Below are positions 38,251 through 47,821 of a stretch of 64,000 bases of DNA, piece by piece (the first letter of the stretch is position 1; each line of letters opens with the position of its first letter). The stretch comes from Euryarchaeota archaeon UBA463. GTDB taxonomy: Archaea > Thermoplasmatota > Poseidoniia > Poseidoniales > Thalassarchaeaceae. The notes beneath the pieces were generated by a model that saw only the letters and a program-made list of their open reading frames with translations, did not search any database and was not told where the DNA came from. Where the stretch lies: contig DAOI01000011.1 of NCBI GenBank assembly GCA_002501805.1, forward strand, positions 7,641-71,640. The letters are read 5' to 3'. The position numbers and the translations under genes were made by a program.

Positions 38251-39629
38251 ACAGAGTCATGAGAGATGAACTCATGAGTCCTATCCCTCCAATACTCTCT
38301 TTTCTCAGAGATTTCTTCCAACCACGTGGAGGCTTTGTCGATACATAATTTCTTAATCTCCCCAGCTAACATTCTGCCACTTTCGTAATCTCTCCTAATC
38401 TCGGCTATTGCAGAGTCTTCCTGCTCAAAGAAGAACTTCAGGTATTGGAAAGAGATATCTTTGGAACAGTCACCGCCTAGTCTTCTGTGTTCCTCAACTG
38501 TAGACTTCCCCCCGCTAATAGCCCTGTTGACCTTCTTAGACATCGCCTCGACGGAGTCTGTCATGAAGATCGTAGTTTCAGGCTTTGAAGAGGACATTTT
38601 ACCCCCGGTCATTCCTGGGGCGAATCTATGATAGGTTGAGCAGGGGGGCATTAGCCCTAGGCCTCCTAGGTTTCTTTCAAATCGCAATAACTGCATTCTA
38701 ATTAGATTCTTGTCTGACCTAGTTGCCCCTGGAATATCTATTGTTCCATGCTTTGGATTGGATGAAAAGTCAGCGAAACCAAGTGGAGAGATTAAGTCAA
38801 TTATTTTGCTGAAAATAACATCCCTTGAAGAACGGTCTAACCTACCGTTACTATCAACACCGAAAATTGCAGAATTGTCGGGTTGCATAGACAGTGAGAC
38901 AGTTAGGCCACCTGATTTTTTCTCCTTAATATTAAACCAATTAGTCTTGCCAACAATATCCCTAGTAAGTCTGAGATGTGGATCTTGATCAATTCCAACT
39001 GGGACTACAATAGGCCTGAGGCCACCAAAATCATCAAGCTGTGGATGGACGATGTCCCCAACTTGTACTAGAGGTGCCTGGACGTGAGCTAAATTAGTCT
39101 CACCTGTAAAGCCATAAATAGACTCAAACTCAGATAGATTGGTCCTCCTACCTAGTGTGAAACCGAGTCTCTGAACTTCTGGCCTAGAGCTCTGGAAATA
39201 TACTTCAGTCTCTGATGGGTCTAAGCCTAAAGCAGCATAGTTCAGAACATATTCCTCTAATGCGGTCTTGCGCCCTTGAGCTATAGAGGTCCCACGGGTT
39301 GCTAATGCTTCGAGATCAGCTACTGCAACGGTGACATCGGCTCCGTGTCCTTGGAACCACTTAACTTGCTCAATTACCATGCTATGCCCCAGATGCATCC
39401 TTCCACTGGGCATTAGACCAGTCAGTACGCCCAAAGGCGACTTGTCCCTTATGGAACGTATTGCTACATCTAAGTCCCTGTGGGCGAAAACAACACCTCT
39501 ACGATGAAGCATGCCCGGATTGGGAATTGTGCTTTGATCGACCAATTCAAGGCCAAATTGATTAACAATTCTGGAGTAGTCGGTTTCTCCGTCCGAAGAC
39601 CATGGGTCAATACCGACGTCCTCGTTCAT
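38247..39629 (-). CDS. trpS: tryptophanyl-tRNA synthetase (archaeal/eukaryotic type, with a roughly 100-aa insertion)
   Basis: DPW..., RRGVVFAHRD, GLMPSGRMHLGH (HIGH) and GGKMSSSKP (KMSKS). There is extra sequence between GIDQDPHLRLTRD and the KMSSS region. Confidence 0.75.
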   Translation of the reverse strand: MNEDVGIDPWSSDGETDYSRIVNQFGLELVDQSTIPNPGMLHRRGVVFAHRDLDVAIRSIRDKSPLGVLTGLMPSGRMHLGHSMVIEQVKWFQGHGADVTVAVADLEALATRGTSIAQGRKTALEEYVLNYAALGLDPSETEVYFQSSRPEVQRLGFTLGRRTNLSEFESIYGFTGETNLAHVQAPLVQVGDIVHPQLDDFGGLRPIVVPVGIDQDPHLRLTRDIVGKTNWFNIKEKKSGGLTVSLSMQPDNSAIFGVDSNGRLDRSSRDVIFSKIIDLISPLGFADFSSNPKHGTIDIPGATRSDKNLIRMQLLRFERNLGGLGLMPPCSTYHRFAPGMTGGKMSSSKPETTIFMTDSVEAMSKKVNRAISGGKSTVEEHRRLGGDCSKDISFQYLKFFFEQEDSAIAEIRRDYESGRMLAGEIKKLCIDKASTWLEEISEKREYWRDRTHEFISHDSV

Positions 39630-39722
39630 GAGTGTTGGAATGTATGGTCCTCAATCAAGTCATCGCTGTTAAAGGACTCAAAATAGCGAACCGAAGGTGC
39701 AATAGGTCGTTGCCGGTCCCGC

Positions 39723-40787
39723 ATGAATATGAAATTGGTACATTGCTTTGGGGCTGGCTTGGTAGGCTCATATGTGGCTAGAAAACTAGCTCAAAGTGGT
39801 TATCTTGTGTACATTTATGATATAGAGCCAAAAAATAGTACGTTTGAGGCGTACACAAATATCACTGTGCATGTGGGGGATGTTTTTGGTTACGACTTAG
39901 ATGCTCTTGGTAATGATTCCATATTTGTGAATATGTTACCTGGCGAGGTCGGTCACAATCTTACAAAGAGGCTCGCTCGTGTAGGCGGTCGGCAGATAGT
40001 AGATCTTAGTTTTAGCGAGAAGACTCCTGACACGATAATGGAAGATAGGATTGGCATTGGCACTAAAGTCCTCTGGGATGTTGGAATAGCACCGGGGCTG
40101 TCAAACATGCTCCTCTCTGAGGCATACAGAAAATTGGGAAGTCTGAAGACAGCTGAAATAAGAGTAGGTGGAAATCCTGCTGAAAAAATAGGTGGATGGG
40201 ACTACATGGCTCCGTTTTCTCCGGGGGATGTAATAGCAGAGTATACCAGACCCGCTAGAGTGGTTAGAAAAGGAGTGGTGGTAACTCTCCCTGCACTTAC
40301 TGAGAGGCATTCAATAGGCGTTGACGGGAGAGGCACAATGGAGGCATTTCTTACAGATGGACTTCGTTCAGTCATGAGCTCCATACCTGCGGAAGAGATG
40401 TCAGAGTATACGGTAAGATGGCCCGGACACATAGAGAGATTCATCAGGGAAAGAGATTCTAACTCGCTAGATTTAGAGAAGTTGATTGGCGAGTGGCGTT
40501 TTGATATAGAGACTCCTGAATTCACCTGGATGGAAGTTACTGCTATTGATCATCTAGGAAATAGTATGGACTGGATAGTAAGTGATTCTGGAGGAGAAGA
40601 CGGATCTTCCATGGCTCGGACGACGGGACTTGTAACAGTAGGATGTATTCGGGCATGGATTGAGGACCCGGCTATGCTTGAGGCGGGAATACATGCGCCT
40701 GAGAGCCTTCCAAGAAACGTTATGATTTCAATTATTGAGATGATGAGAGAACACGGAGTAGAGATTACTGGCCCTAATATCAATTGA
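39723..40787 (+). CDS. saccharopine dehydrogenase-family NAD(P)-binding protein
   Basis: N-terminal Rossmann motif VHCFGAGLVGSYVARKLAQSG, and a C-terminal domain of the size and pattern of Sacchrp_dh (GIAPGLSN). Confidence 0.6.
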   Translation: MNMKLVHCFGAGLVGSYVARKLAQSGYLVYIYDIEPKNSTFEAYTNITVHVGDVFGYDLDALGNDSIFVNMLPGEVGHNLTKRLARVGGRQIVDLSFSEKTPDTIMEDRIGIGTKVLWDVGIAPGLSNMLLSEAYRKLGSLKTAEIRVGGNPAEKIGGWDYMAPFSPGDVIAEYTRPARVVRKGVVVTLPALTERHSIGVDGRGTMEAFLTDGLRSVMSSIPAEEMSEYTVRWPGHIERFIRERDSNSLDLEKLIGEWRFDIETPEFTWMEVTAIDHLGNSMDWIVSDSGGEDGSSMARTTGLVTVGCIRAWIEDPAMLEAGIHAPESLPRNVMISIIEMMREHGVEITGPNIN

Positions 40788-40818
40788 TAATAATGGTTAA
40801 AATTAGGGCAAAAATCTG

Positions 40819-41916
40819 TTATTCTAAATCGTCCATTTCCACTATTCTCTTCACAACAACTGGAACCGCTATTAGGACTGATAATGCAATAATAGGGAGG
40901 CTCCAATTAATCTCCTCTACGGAGGGTCTTTCCACTAGCCAAGTAAAGGTCAAAATCGATTCTTGAAAGTCCGAAGACCATTGGAAGAGATTTGTTGTGT
41001 GGTGCCCCACTACTGTAACAGCATGATGTAGATCATTGAAAGTAAGCAACGGGGAAAATGAGAATTCATCGGGCATATCATCGATGGTAACCTCTACAGA
41101 TGACCCGGGCATTATTGTGAATAAGGCCCCATTTTCATGTGTCCTCCAGCCATGTTTCAATTTCCTTTCAGTGATGCTCAAATCTGGAAATTGTTCACCT
41201 TCATTATCATAAACTTCGATGAAGTTTCCTTCGATTTGCAAACTAACCGAGCCCGGAACATCCCAGGCATTTGACGATTTTGGATTAGAAATAATTATCT
41301 TATTTTCTTGAGCGTTAACTTCAATGGCATCACTTGAAATTTCATGGAAATACCATTCCCCCCAAGTAGTAAACCATACGTCTTGTTCTTCGAGCCAAGT
41401 CATCAAATCTTTATCTTCCCTGACCTTAATGTCATCAACCCTAGCCCTCCACCAAATACTAACTAGGGAGTCTTCTTCAGCAGACTCCAGTAGTTCCATA
41501 TTTGCAGAATTCTTCTCCAAGCTACCTCCGTTTCTCGAGAATGCCACTAATCCCTCTGGGGCGGTTTGAATCATATCGCCTGTAATTAAGAAGCCCGAGT
41601 TTACTAGAGCAAGTGCTGTTTGATTGTCTACATAATCGCCAGTGATTCCGAAAGAGATTGGATCTTTCCCCCACCTGGAAGAGTTAGTGTGAGAAACCAG
41701 GTATTCCCTACATGCTTCAATGACCCAGTTTTCTTCCAATGTATCTATGTCTTCGAATCCATGGCATCCGAATTCATCACCATTTTCCATCCTCTCGGGC
41801 CCAATGAGGTTGGTCAGCCATCCATCATCGGACCATTCCCCTACAACACTGGGTGAAAGAATAGGAATTAGAAATATCGATGCCAGTATCAGAGAGAGTT
41901 CTTTGCGCGGTGGCAT
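40819..41916 (-). CDS. exported, C-terminally anchored protein of unknown function
   Basis: Signal peptide LSLILASIFLIPILSPSVVG and C-terminal TM helix LPIIALSVLIAVPVVV with an acidic tail. No family recognised. Confidence 0.55.
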   Translation of the reverse strand: MPPRKELSLILASIFLIPILSPSVVGEWSDDGWLTNLIGPERMENGDEFGCHGFEDIDTLEENWVIEACREYLVSHTNSSRWGKDPISFGITGDYVDNQTALALVNSGFLITGDMIQTAPEGLVAFSRNGGSLEKNSANMELLESAEEDSLVSIWWRARVDDIKVREDKDLMTWLEEQDVWFTTWGEWYFHEISSDAIEVNAQENKIIISNPKSSNAWDVPGSVSLQIEGNFIEVYDNEGEQFPDLSITERKLKHGWRTHENGALFTIMPGSSVEVTIDDMPDEFSFSPLLTFNDLHHAVTVVGHHTTNLFQWSSDFQESILTFTWLVERPSVEEINWSLPIIALSVLIAVPVVVKRIVEMDDLE

Positions 41917-41995
41917 GCACTTGGCAGGGGGTAAATGTCTAGAATACTTGTCATTGTATCACAAAGAGTGAAATGACATTCTTTGTCGGAGTTAC

Positions 41996-42772
41996 GTGGA
42001 TAAGCTCTCTGCTGAGGATATTCGTTCATTCTCTTATCTATCGGATATTGGGGGCACTGAAGAGTCCTTTTCAATTCCTTTGATTTATCGGTTTCTAATC
42101 AGGTACCTTTCACCCCTAGTTAGGTTCTTCTTCAATATTAACTATACGGGACTGGAAAGAATACCAAGAAAGGGAGCTATGATTATTACTTCCAATCATG
42201 TGTCTAACCTAGATCCTATCCTCAAGATTCTTGCCGCACGTAGACATGTGTTTTATCTTGCCAAAGAGGGGCACTTCCGGAAGCAGCCTAACAGATTTAT
42301 CATGAGGAGTAATGGGATGATTGAGACTATCAGATCTGAAGGTGGTAAAGACGCACTCTCTAGAGCTCATGATGTGTTAACCTCTGGGTTTGCATTAGGA
42401 ATATTTCCAGAGGGCACTAGATCTAGAAATGAGAGGGCTCCATTCTTACAAAAAGGAAAGACCGGCGTGGCTAGGCTCGCGGCTAGTTTCCCGGATATTC
42501 CTGTAATTCCAATCTGCATTATTGGCTCAAGGGAGGTGATGCCCCCGGGTGCAAATTTTATTCGGTTCTGGAAAGCCATCGAAATCCATATTGGAGAGCC
42601 TGTAACATTCGGAGAATGGCTCATCTCTGACGATGGTGGTGACTTCAGCAAGAGTCAATTAGAGATGTTGAGTTCAGTTGATGAACATGGAAGAAGCTCG
42701 ATAATGAAGTCCCTATACCGTAAGTTCACAGATCAATTGATGTGGACGATTGAACAAATGGGAGCACCCTGA
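41996..42772 (+). CDS. PlsC-like lysophospholipid (1-acyl-sn-glycerol-3-phosphate) acyltransferase
   Basis: Acyltransferase motif I SNHVSNLDP (HxxxxD), motif III FPEGTRS and motif IV PVIPICIIG. GTG start, with no in-frame ATG nearby. Confidence 0.75.
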   Translation: MDKLSAEDIRSFSYLSDIGGTEESFSIPLIYRFLIRYLSPLVRFFFNINYTGLERIPRKGAMIITSNHVSNLDPILKILAARRHVFYLAKEGHFRKQPNRFIMRSNGMIETIRSEGGKDALSRAHDVLTSGFALGIFPEGTRSRNERAPFLQKGKTGVARLAASFPDIPVIPICIIGSREVMPPGANFIRFWKAIEIHIGEPVTFGEWLISDDGGDFSKSQLEMLSSVDEHGRSSIMKSLYRKFTDQLMWTIEQMGAP

Positions 42773-42814
42773 ACAGCCGCATCCTTGAAGGACTGCCGAC
42801 ATGACGTAGGGTTG

Positions 42815-43609
42815 ATGAAACAATACCTGGACTTCCTTCGAAGGATTCTCGATGAGGGGTCTGTTAAGGAAGACAGAACTGGTACTGGAACTGTTTCTTT
42901 ATTTGGGCACCAGATGAGATTTGATCTTTCCGAGGGATTTCCGGCAGTAACCACAAAGAAAGTGCATTGGCCTAGTGTTATTCATGAGCTCCTTTGGTTC
43001 CTTTCGGGAGAAACTAACGTGGGTTATCTTAGAGATAACGGTGTCAGAATTTGGAATGAGTGGGCTGATGAGAATGGCGACCTGGGTCCTGTTTATGGAA
43101 AGCAATGGAGAAAATGGGAAACTCCCGATGGAAAGGTAGTAGATCAAATCAGCAATGCTGTGGAGATGATAAAGGAGAATCCTGAGAGTCGAAGAATAAT
43201 AGTTTCTGCATGGAATGTTGGGGAGTTGGATCATATGGCACTCATGCCTTGTCATGCTTTCTTCCAGTTCTACGTGAGAGATGGGAAGCTATCTTGTCAA
43301 CTGTACCAAAGAAGTGCTGATGCTTTTCTTGGAGTGCCGTTTAATATTTCTTCATACAGTCTCTTGACATGTATGGTCGCACAAGTTTGTAACCTTGAGC
43401 CCGGGGAGTTTATCTGGACTGGTGGGGATTGTCACCTTTACAGTAATCATATAGAACAAGCTAGAAAGCAGATAGAGAGGGATCCCCTTGCACTGCCTAA
43501 GCTAGTGTTAGACCATAATGTTGAGTCGATTGATGATTTTGACTACTCTAGCATCAAGATTCTGGACTACGAACATCATCCCCATATTCCTGCTCCTATT
43601 TCGGTTTGA
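42815..43609 (+). CDS. thyA: thymidylate synthase (ThyA)
   Basis: [27 protein letters not shown]-equivalent [13 protein letters not shown] with the catalytic Cys, and DCHLYSNH. Confidence 0.95.
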   Translation: MKQYLDFLRRILDEGSVKEDRTGTGTVSLFGHQMRFDLSEGFPAVTTKKVHWPSVIHELLWFLSGETNVGYLRDNGVRIWNEWADENGDLGPVYGKQWRKWETPDGKVVDQISNAVEMIKENPESRRIIVSAWNVGELDHMALMPCHAFFQFYVRDGKLSCQLYQRSADAFLGVPFNISSYSLLTCMVAQVCNLEPGEFIWTGGDCHLYSNHIEQARKQIERDPLALPKLVLDHNVESIDDFDYSSIKILDYEHHPHIPAPISV

Positions 43610-43618
43610 GGTAATAAA

Positions 43619-44128
43619 ATGAATATTTCAATAATCGTTGCAATGGATGAAGATGGATATATTGGTCTGGGAAATGGTTTGCCTTGGAAGCTCTCCAGTG
43701 ACTTATCCAGATTCAAGAGGCTCACAGAAGGTGATGGATTCAATGCGGTGATTATGGGTAGGAAAACCTGGGATTCTCTTCCGCAGAGCTTTCAGCCACT
43801 GCCAGAAAGACTCAATATCGTAATGTCCAGAGATACCGGGTGGCACCACGATGAGGCTGAAAATGCCCTATACCCAGGTAGAGCGATTGAAATTGCTTAT
43901 GCAGATGGCTGTGAAGAATGTTGGATAATTGGTGGGTCACAAATTTATGAAATGTTTCTTGAACAGGTCAGTGAGATACATTTGACGACAGTACATACAT
44001 CTGGAAGTGGGGATACTAAGTTTCCAGAATGGAGTAGAGAGAATTGGGTAGAAGAGGAAGTCGAGTATACAGAGATTGATGAGAATAATGAGTTCCGGAC
44101 GACCTATTCAATATGGAAGCGGAAGTGA
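43619..44128 (+). CDS. folA: dihydrofolate reductase
   Basis: ISIIVAMDEDGYIGLGNGLPW, VIMGRKTWDSLP and IIGGSQIYE motifs. It lies directly downstream of thyA. Confidence 0.9.
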   Translation: MNISIIVAMDEDGYIGLGNGLPWKLSSDLSRFKRLTEGDGFNAVIMGRKTWDSLPQSFQPLPERLNIVMSRDTGWHHDEAENALYPGRAIEIAYADGCEECWIIGGSQIYEMFLEQVSEIHLTTVHTSGSGDTKFPEWSRENWVEEEVEYTEIDENNEFRTTYSIWKRK

Positions 44129-44581
44129 ATGATTTTCGTTAGTAGTATTCTTAAAATTGTGAAAGGGTTTTCTGCTCTCTGCGGTGGCTCATTCTTTTTC
44201 TATGTAGGAGTCCTTCATTTTACAGATACTAGTTGGTTTGAGCCCATAGTTCCACCGATATTTGGATCGGCGAGATTTTGGGTTTTAGTCAGTGGAGTCG
44301 CCGAGATACTCGTTGGCTTGGGACTGATAATCTCAGGCTTGGAGATATTCTTTAGCTCGGGACGTTATTTCAGGAGAAAGGCTGGTTTAGCTAGTGCCCT
44401 TCTTCTCGTAATGCTCTACCCCGCTAATCTTTACATGTGGATTTATGATATCGAATTGGGAGATGGGGCTTCATTATCTCCGACTGGTCATATCGTAAGG
44501 CTTCTATTTCAAATTGGCGGAATTATAATCAGTCTATGGATAGCTGAATTCAGATATAGTTTTACAGATTCCCGTGAGTAG
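44129..44581 (+). CDS. DoxX-like small membrane protein
   Basis: Four TM helices. The pattern GVLHF...F..IVPP...R..VLVSGVAEILVGLGL ... YPANLYM resembles the DoxX-like family. It starts immediately after the folA stop. Confidence 0.5.
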   Translation: MIFVSSILKIVKGFSALCGGSFFFYVGVLHFTDTSWFEPIVPPIFGSARFWVLVSGVAEILVGLGLIISGLEIFFSSGRYFRRKAGLASALLLVMLYPANLYMWIYDIELGDGASLSPTGHIVRLLFQIGGIIISLWIAEFRYSFTDSRE

Positions 44582-44617
44582 GTTGTGGTCCGGGAATATA
44601 TTAATGTTTGAAAACCG

Positions 44618-45670
44618 ATGGGAATATACATGCTAGATACATTATCAGATAGGTTTTTGGAGCTTTCAAATATTGAGTACTTTACCTTCGGATTCAATAT
44701 TTTTGTCTATCTTTTCTCAAGTAGTATAGTCTCCCATCACAGGGATATCGATGAGGATACTATCAGGTCAAGAACAAGATTAGTACATGGATTAAACATC
44801 TTGGTATTTATCTCTTTTATTGCATCACTTGCTTTTCATGGAGGAGAGTTCCCAGCAGATGAAATAAGTAGAACATCCCTTACATTACTAGCGTCATACT
44901 TGATATTTAATGGAATTGAGGCTTTTCTACTATCCAAATATGGAGAGGAAATTGAGGTAATGGGAGTCTCGAGAAAGGTTGAGACTCCTACCTCTAGGAC
45001 ATTGGAGTTGGTCGCCTTCTCACTAATTGTTATGACTGCAACGATCGGATTGATCAATGTCTGGGGAATCACCGGTCTTCTTGAGACTACGGGAGTAATT
45101 GGATTCCTGGCGCTTATCGTTTTCACCACCAAAGACTACTGGCTCAGAGACTTTCTCAGTGGCATACTAGTTATTGGTGGAAACAGCGCCAGAAGAGGGG
45201 ATGTGATATCTATCCCCGAAGCTGGGATACTAGGGATAATACTCGAAATTAGAGGGTTACAAACTAGAATTAGAGATTTGGCACAGGGGCATGACATAGA
45301 AATTCCAAATTACAGCCTATTACAGTACAGGACCGATTACCTGAGGAAATCCAAGGGAGGGCCTTTCAGGGATTTCGTCGAGTTTAACATAGGATATGGC
45401 ATACCAAGTGAGACCGTGAAGTCCTACCTCAGTGCTGTTTACAATTCAGCATCAGAATCTAGCTCGTCGCTTGATTCCTTGAGAGAGCCCAAGATAACAA
45501 TCAGGGAAAACGACAATAATGCTGTTATTTGGAGGCTCACCTATGTTCTCGAAAGACCATATCAGCTACTTATGGTTAGGAATGCGGTCAATCTGGCGGC
45601 CTATGATTTACAGGATGATTTCGGCATTCAGCTCAGTACCCCTCAACTGGAGAAGCTGGTTGAGTCTTGA
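44618..45670 (+). CDS. MscS-family mechanosensitive channel
   Basis: N-terminal TM helices followed by the beta-domain motif RRGDVISIPEAGILGIILEIRGLQTRIRDLAQGHDIEIPNYSLL. Confidence 0.6.
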   Translation: MGIYMLDTLSDRFLELSNIEYFTFGFNIFVYLFSSSIVSHHRDIDEDTIRSRTRLVHGLNILVFISFIASLAFHGGEFPADEISRTSLTLLASYLIFNGIEAFLLSKYGEEIEVMGVSRKVETPTSRTLELVAFSLIVMTATIGLINVWGITGLLETTGVIGFLALIVFTTKDYWLRDFLSGILVIGGNSARRGDVISIPEAGILGIILEIRGLQTRIRDLAQGHDIEIPNYSLLQYRTDYLRKSKGGPFRDFVEFNIGYGIPSETVKSYLSAVYNSASESSSSLDSLREPKITIRENDNNAVIWRLTYVLERPYQLLMVRNAVNLAAYDLQDDFGIQLSTPQLEKLVES

Positions 45671-46056
45671 CCCTCACGATATTCTGTAACCCTAATTCCC
45701 AGACCACCCTTTTTTGAGTCCCTTTTCATTATCTTATCCATCTTCTTATGAAATTCTGACTCCAGGTCGACTTTCATTGCTAGAGAATGTCCTAGAATGA
45801 GTATTAGGAGATCTGCAAGCTCTTCAGATGCCTCAGATTGTGGTTTTCCCTTGGTTATAGCTGCGGATAGTTCGCCCAGTTCCTCTACAGTCAGAGCTAA
45901 TCTATAGCCCATATCATGGCCATTATTCTCTGGGGACTGGAAAGAGTGTTTATGGTGGAATTGTGCGACTCTCTCCATCATAGTATGCCAAGACCCATCG
46001 GGATTCACAGACACGTCACTCGATATCCAGTCATCTACACTGACTTTCCTGTTCAT
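45643..46056 (-). CDS. MazG-like nucleotide pyrophosphohydrolase
   Basis: EExxE / ExxD helix pairs: LTVEELGELSAAI and ASEELADLLILILG. 137 aa. Confidence 0.7.
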   Translation of the reverse strand: MNRKVSVDDWISSDVSVNPDGSWHTMMERVAQFHHKHSFQSPENNGHDMGYRLALTVEELGELSAAITKGKPQSEASEELADLLILILGHSLAMKVDLESEFHKKMDKIMKRDSKKGGLGIRVTEYREGQDSTSFSS

Positions 46057-46094
46057 AACAGTCGGAGAGGTAGGTTAGAAATCAACTTTGACTT

Positions 46095-46853
46095 TTATGA
46101 TGTGTATTCGATTAGAAGAGATTTGATACAAGAAGTGACTAGTTCTCTCATAGTAGAGGCAAGTCTGTCAACTGAGTGATGGTCAATATTAGCTCTTGGA
46201 TCAGTGGGATCCCTTCCAGCGGCCCAGTTTGAGGAGCACGCGAGAGCCACATGTGGAATTCCTGATTCAGATATCAGCCTACTTTCAGGCCCTAATGTCA
46301 TACCCACAGTATCAGCACCGAGTCTCTCTAGTGCTGAAATTTCAGCAGGTGATTCGAATTGAGGTCCTATGCATTGGGCAACAATGATTCCCTGTGGGGC
46401 ATCTCCTTGATTTTTGGAAAGTGATTTTGAACAAATCGACATGGCATCTGAATCGAATGGTGAGGTCCTATCAAAATGCTGAGCGTTATCGTCATAAAAT
46501 GTCCATGGTTTGATAGCCAAATCCAGAATATCTGAAGTGATGCCAATTTTACCAGGTGGGAAATCATCCCTCATTGAGCCCACGGAATTGATACTTACTA
46601 CGAGATCAGGGTTCAAACTTCTTACAGCCATCACATTTGCTCTGTGTTCAATCATGTGAGGAGGGGTCCTTTTCTCTCCGATTGAGTGGTGCCTATCCAC
46701 TACCGCTACCATGCCTTCCTGCAAATGAGAAATTGTCACAGGGACTTCGCCCCAATCTGTATCTACCCTGACGATCGTATTTTCGCTCGAAGGAGAGATG
46801 TCATTTGATAAGCTACTCATGCCGGTACCGCACAACACCGCAATGCGGGACAT
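46095..46853 (-). CDS. purine nucleoside / 5'-methylthioadenosine phosphorylase family (PNP family 2)
   Basis: IAVLCGTGMSS N-terminal phosphate loop, and VGMTLGPESRLISESGIPHVALACSSNWAAG characteristic of MTAP/PNP. Confidence 0.7.
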   Translation of the reverse strand: MSRIAVLCGTGMSSLSNDISPSSENTIVRVDTDWGEVPVTISHLQEGMVAVVDRHHSIGEKRTPPHMIEHRANVMAVRSLNPDLVVSINSVGSMRDDFPPGKIGITSDILDLAIKPWTFYDDNAQHFDRTSPFDSDAMSICSKSLSKNQGDAPQGIIVAQCIGPQFESPAEISALERLGADTVGMTLGPESRLISESGIPHVALACSSNWAAGRDPTDPRANIDHHSVDRLASTMRELVTSCIKSLLIEYTS

Positions 46854-46857
46854 TGTA

Positions 46858-47727
46858 TTACTCCATTATTCTAGAAATTAGGTCGGCTTTCTTACCGGAA
46901 ACTGGCTTGCCTGCTTCTTTGAGTACTGCTTTTAGTTCTGCTACTGTCATACTTTCGTAGTCTATCTCTTCGTCTGGGTCTTCAGATTCCGAGTCATTTG
47001 TTTCATCCTCAATTTGATCTTGGTATTCAGTATTATCCTCGCTGTCTTCAACTTCTGGAGCAGATTTCTTCGTTGCTTCCTCTTCTGCTATGATTTCCTC
47101 TAGTGTTGGGCCATCGTTTGTGACAACTCCTGACTGTATTAATTGAGTTCTTCTAATCATAACCATCCTAATAGGGCTAATTTTTGATGCTTCTTCCTTG
47201 ATTAAGGCCTCAAGCTCACCATCCATAACTGATTTTTGCATTGAAACCCATGTTGATGAGGCACCGGCTTTCAAAATGGTGTTCCTAGCTACAGATCGAA
47301 TCTCATTCTTCTGACTTGACTTGACTCTTTCTCTTGTCAAAATTAACGGTTTAAACCTTACATAGAATCCGTCTTCTGTAACAACATCCACGGTGTCATC
47401 GATTTTGCCTCTATCCCTCCTTACTTGCCTTCGGACGTGATCTTGCATCATCTGGTGCCCAATGAATTCAGTGATTGCATCGCTTCCCAAAACATCAGAG
47501 ACTCTGAATCTTATCTTGACATGCATTTTTGAGAAATCGCCATCAAGTTCATTCTGCATAATCTCATAATTTCTACCGATTAGCATTTCTGGCTCTTCTG
47601 CCAAAGTCTCGCCGATAACTCTGTATGACCATGGATTTCTTGGAGCCCTTATGGAAAACCATCTCTTGGACTTCCACTTATCTTTCTGCCTTCGTGCCGC
47701 TGCTCTCGCCTTTGCTCCCTTTGCCAT
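46858..47727 (-). CDS. rps3ae: ribosomal protein eS1 (S3Ae) with acidic plus SAP/Rho_N-like C-terminal extension
   Basis: MAKGAKARAAARRQKDKWKSKRWFSIRAP is the canonical S3Ae N-terminus. The start is set at the ATG at 47727; the ORF-track start at 47976 adds 83 unrelated residues. The C-terminal 80 aa lie beyond the usual family end. Confidence 0.85.
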   Translation of the reverse strand: MAKGAKARAAARRQKDKWKSKRWFSIRAPRNPWSYRVIGETLAEEPEMLIGRNYEIMQNELDGDFSKMHVKIRFRVSDVLGSDAITEFIGHQMMQDHVRRQVRRDRGKIDDTVDVVTEDGFYVRFKPLILTRERVKSSQKNEIRSVARNTILKAGASSTWVSMQKSVMDGELEALIKEEASKISPIRMVMIRRTQLIQSGVVTNDGPTLEEIIAEEEATKKSAPEVEDSEDNTEYQDQIEDETNDSESEDPDEEIDYESMTVAELKAVLKEAGKPVSGKKADLISRIME

Positions 47728-47821
47728 TACAACGACCTCATCATCGGGGGCTTCCCCGCTTGCGCCCCTCCGACTTACACTTAGTATTTGAAACAGGCCC
47801 CAATGGTGTCTATTTGGGTAA

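Noticed and set aside
21173-41916. A possible shared C-terminal sorting signal (PGF-CTERM / archaeosortase type) on the anchored surface proteins (21173..22747, 24855..26807, 40819..41916)
   Set aside because: Each ends in a single TM helix plus a short charged tail. I found no common PGF or other tripeptide motif preceding the helix.
45643-45670. Convergent genes with overlapping 3' ends (MscS/MazG by 28 nt; coiled-coil paralog 4 and the 312-aa ORF by 4 nt at 57654..57657)
   Set aside because: This is probably just genome compaction. It is noted because it leaves no room for terminators, but it is not evidence of a specific mechanism.
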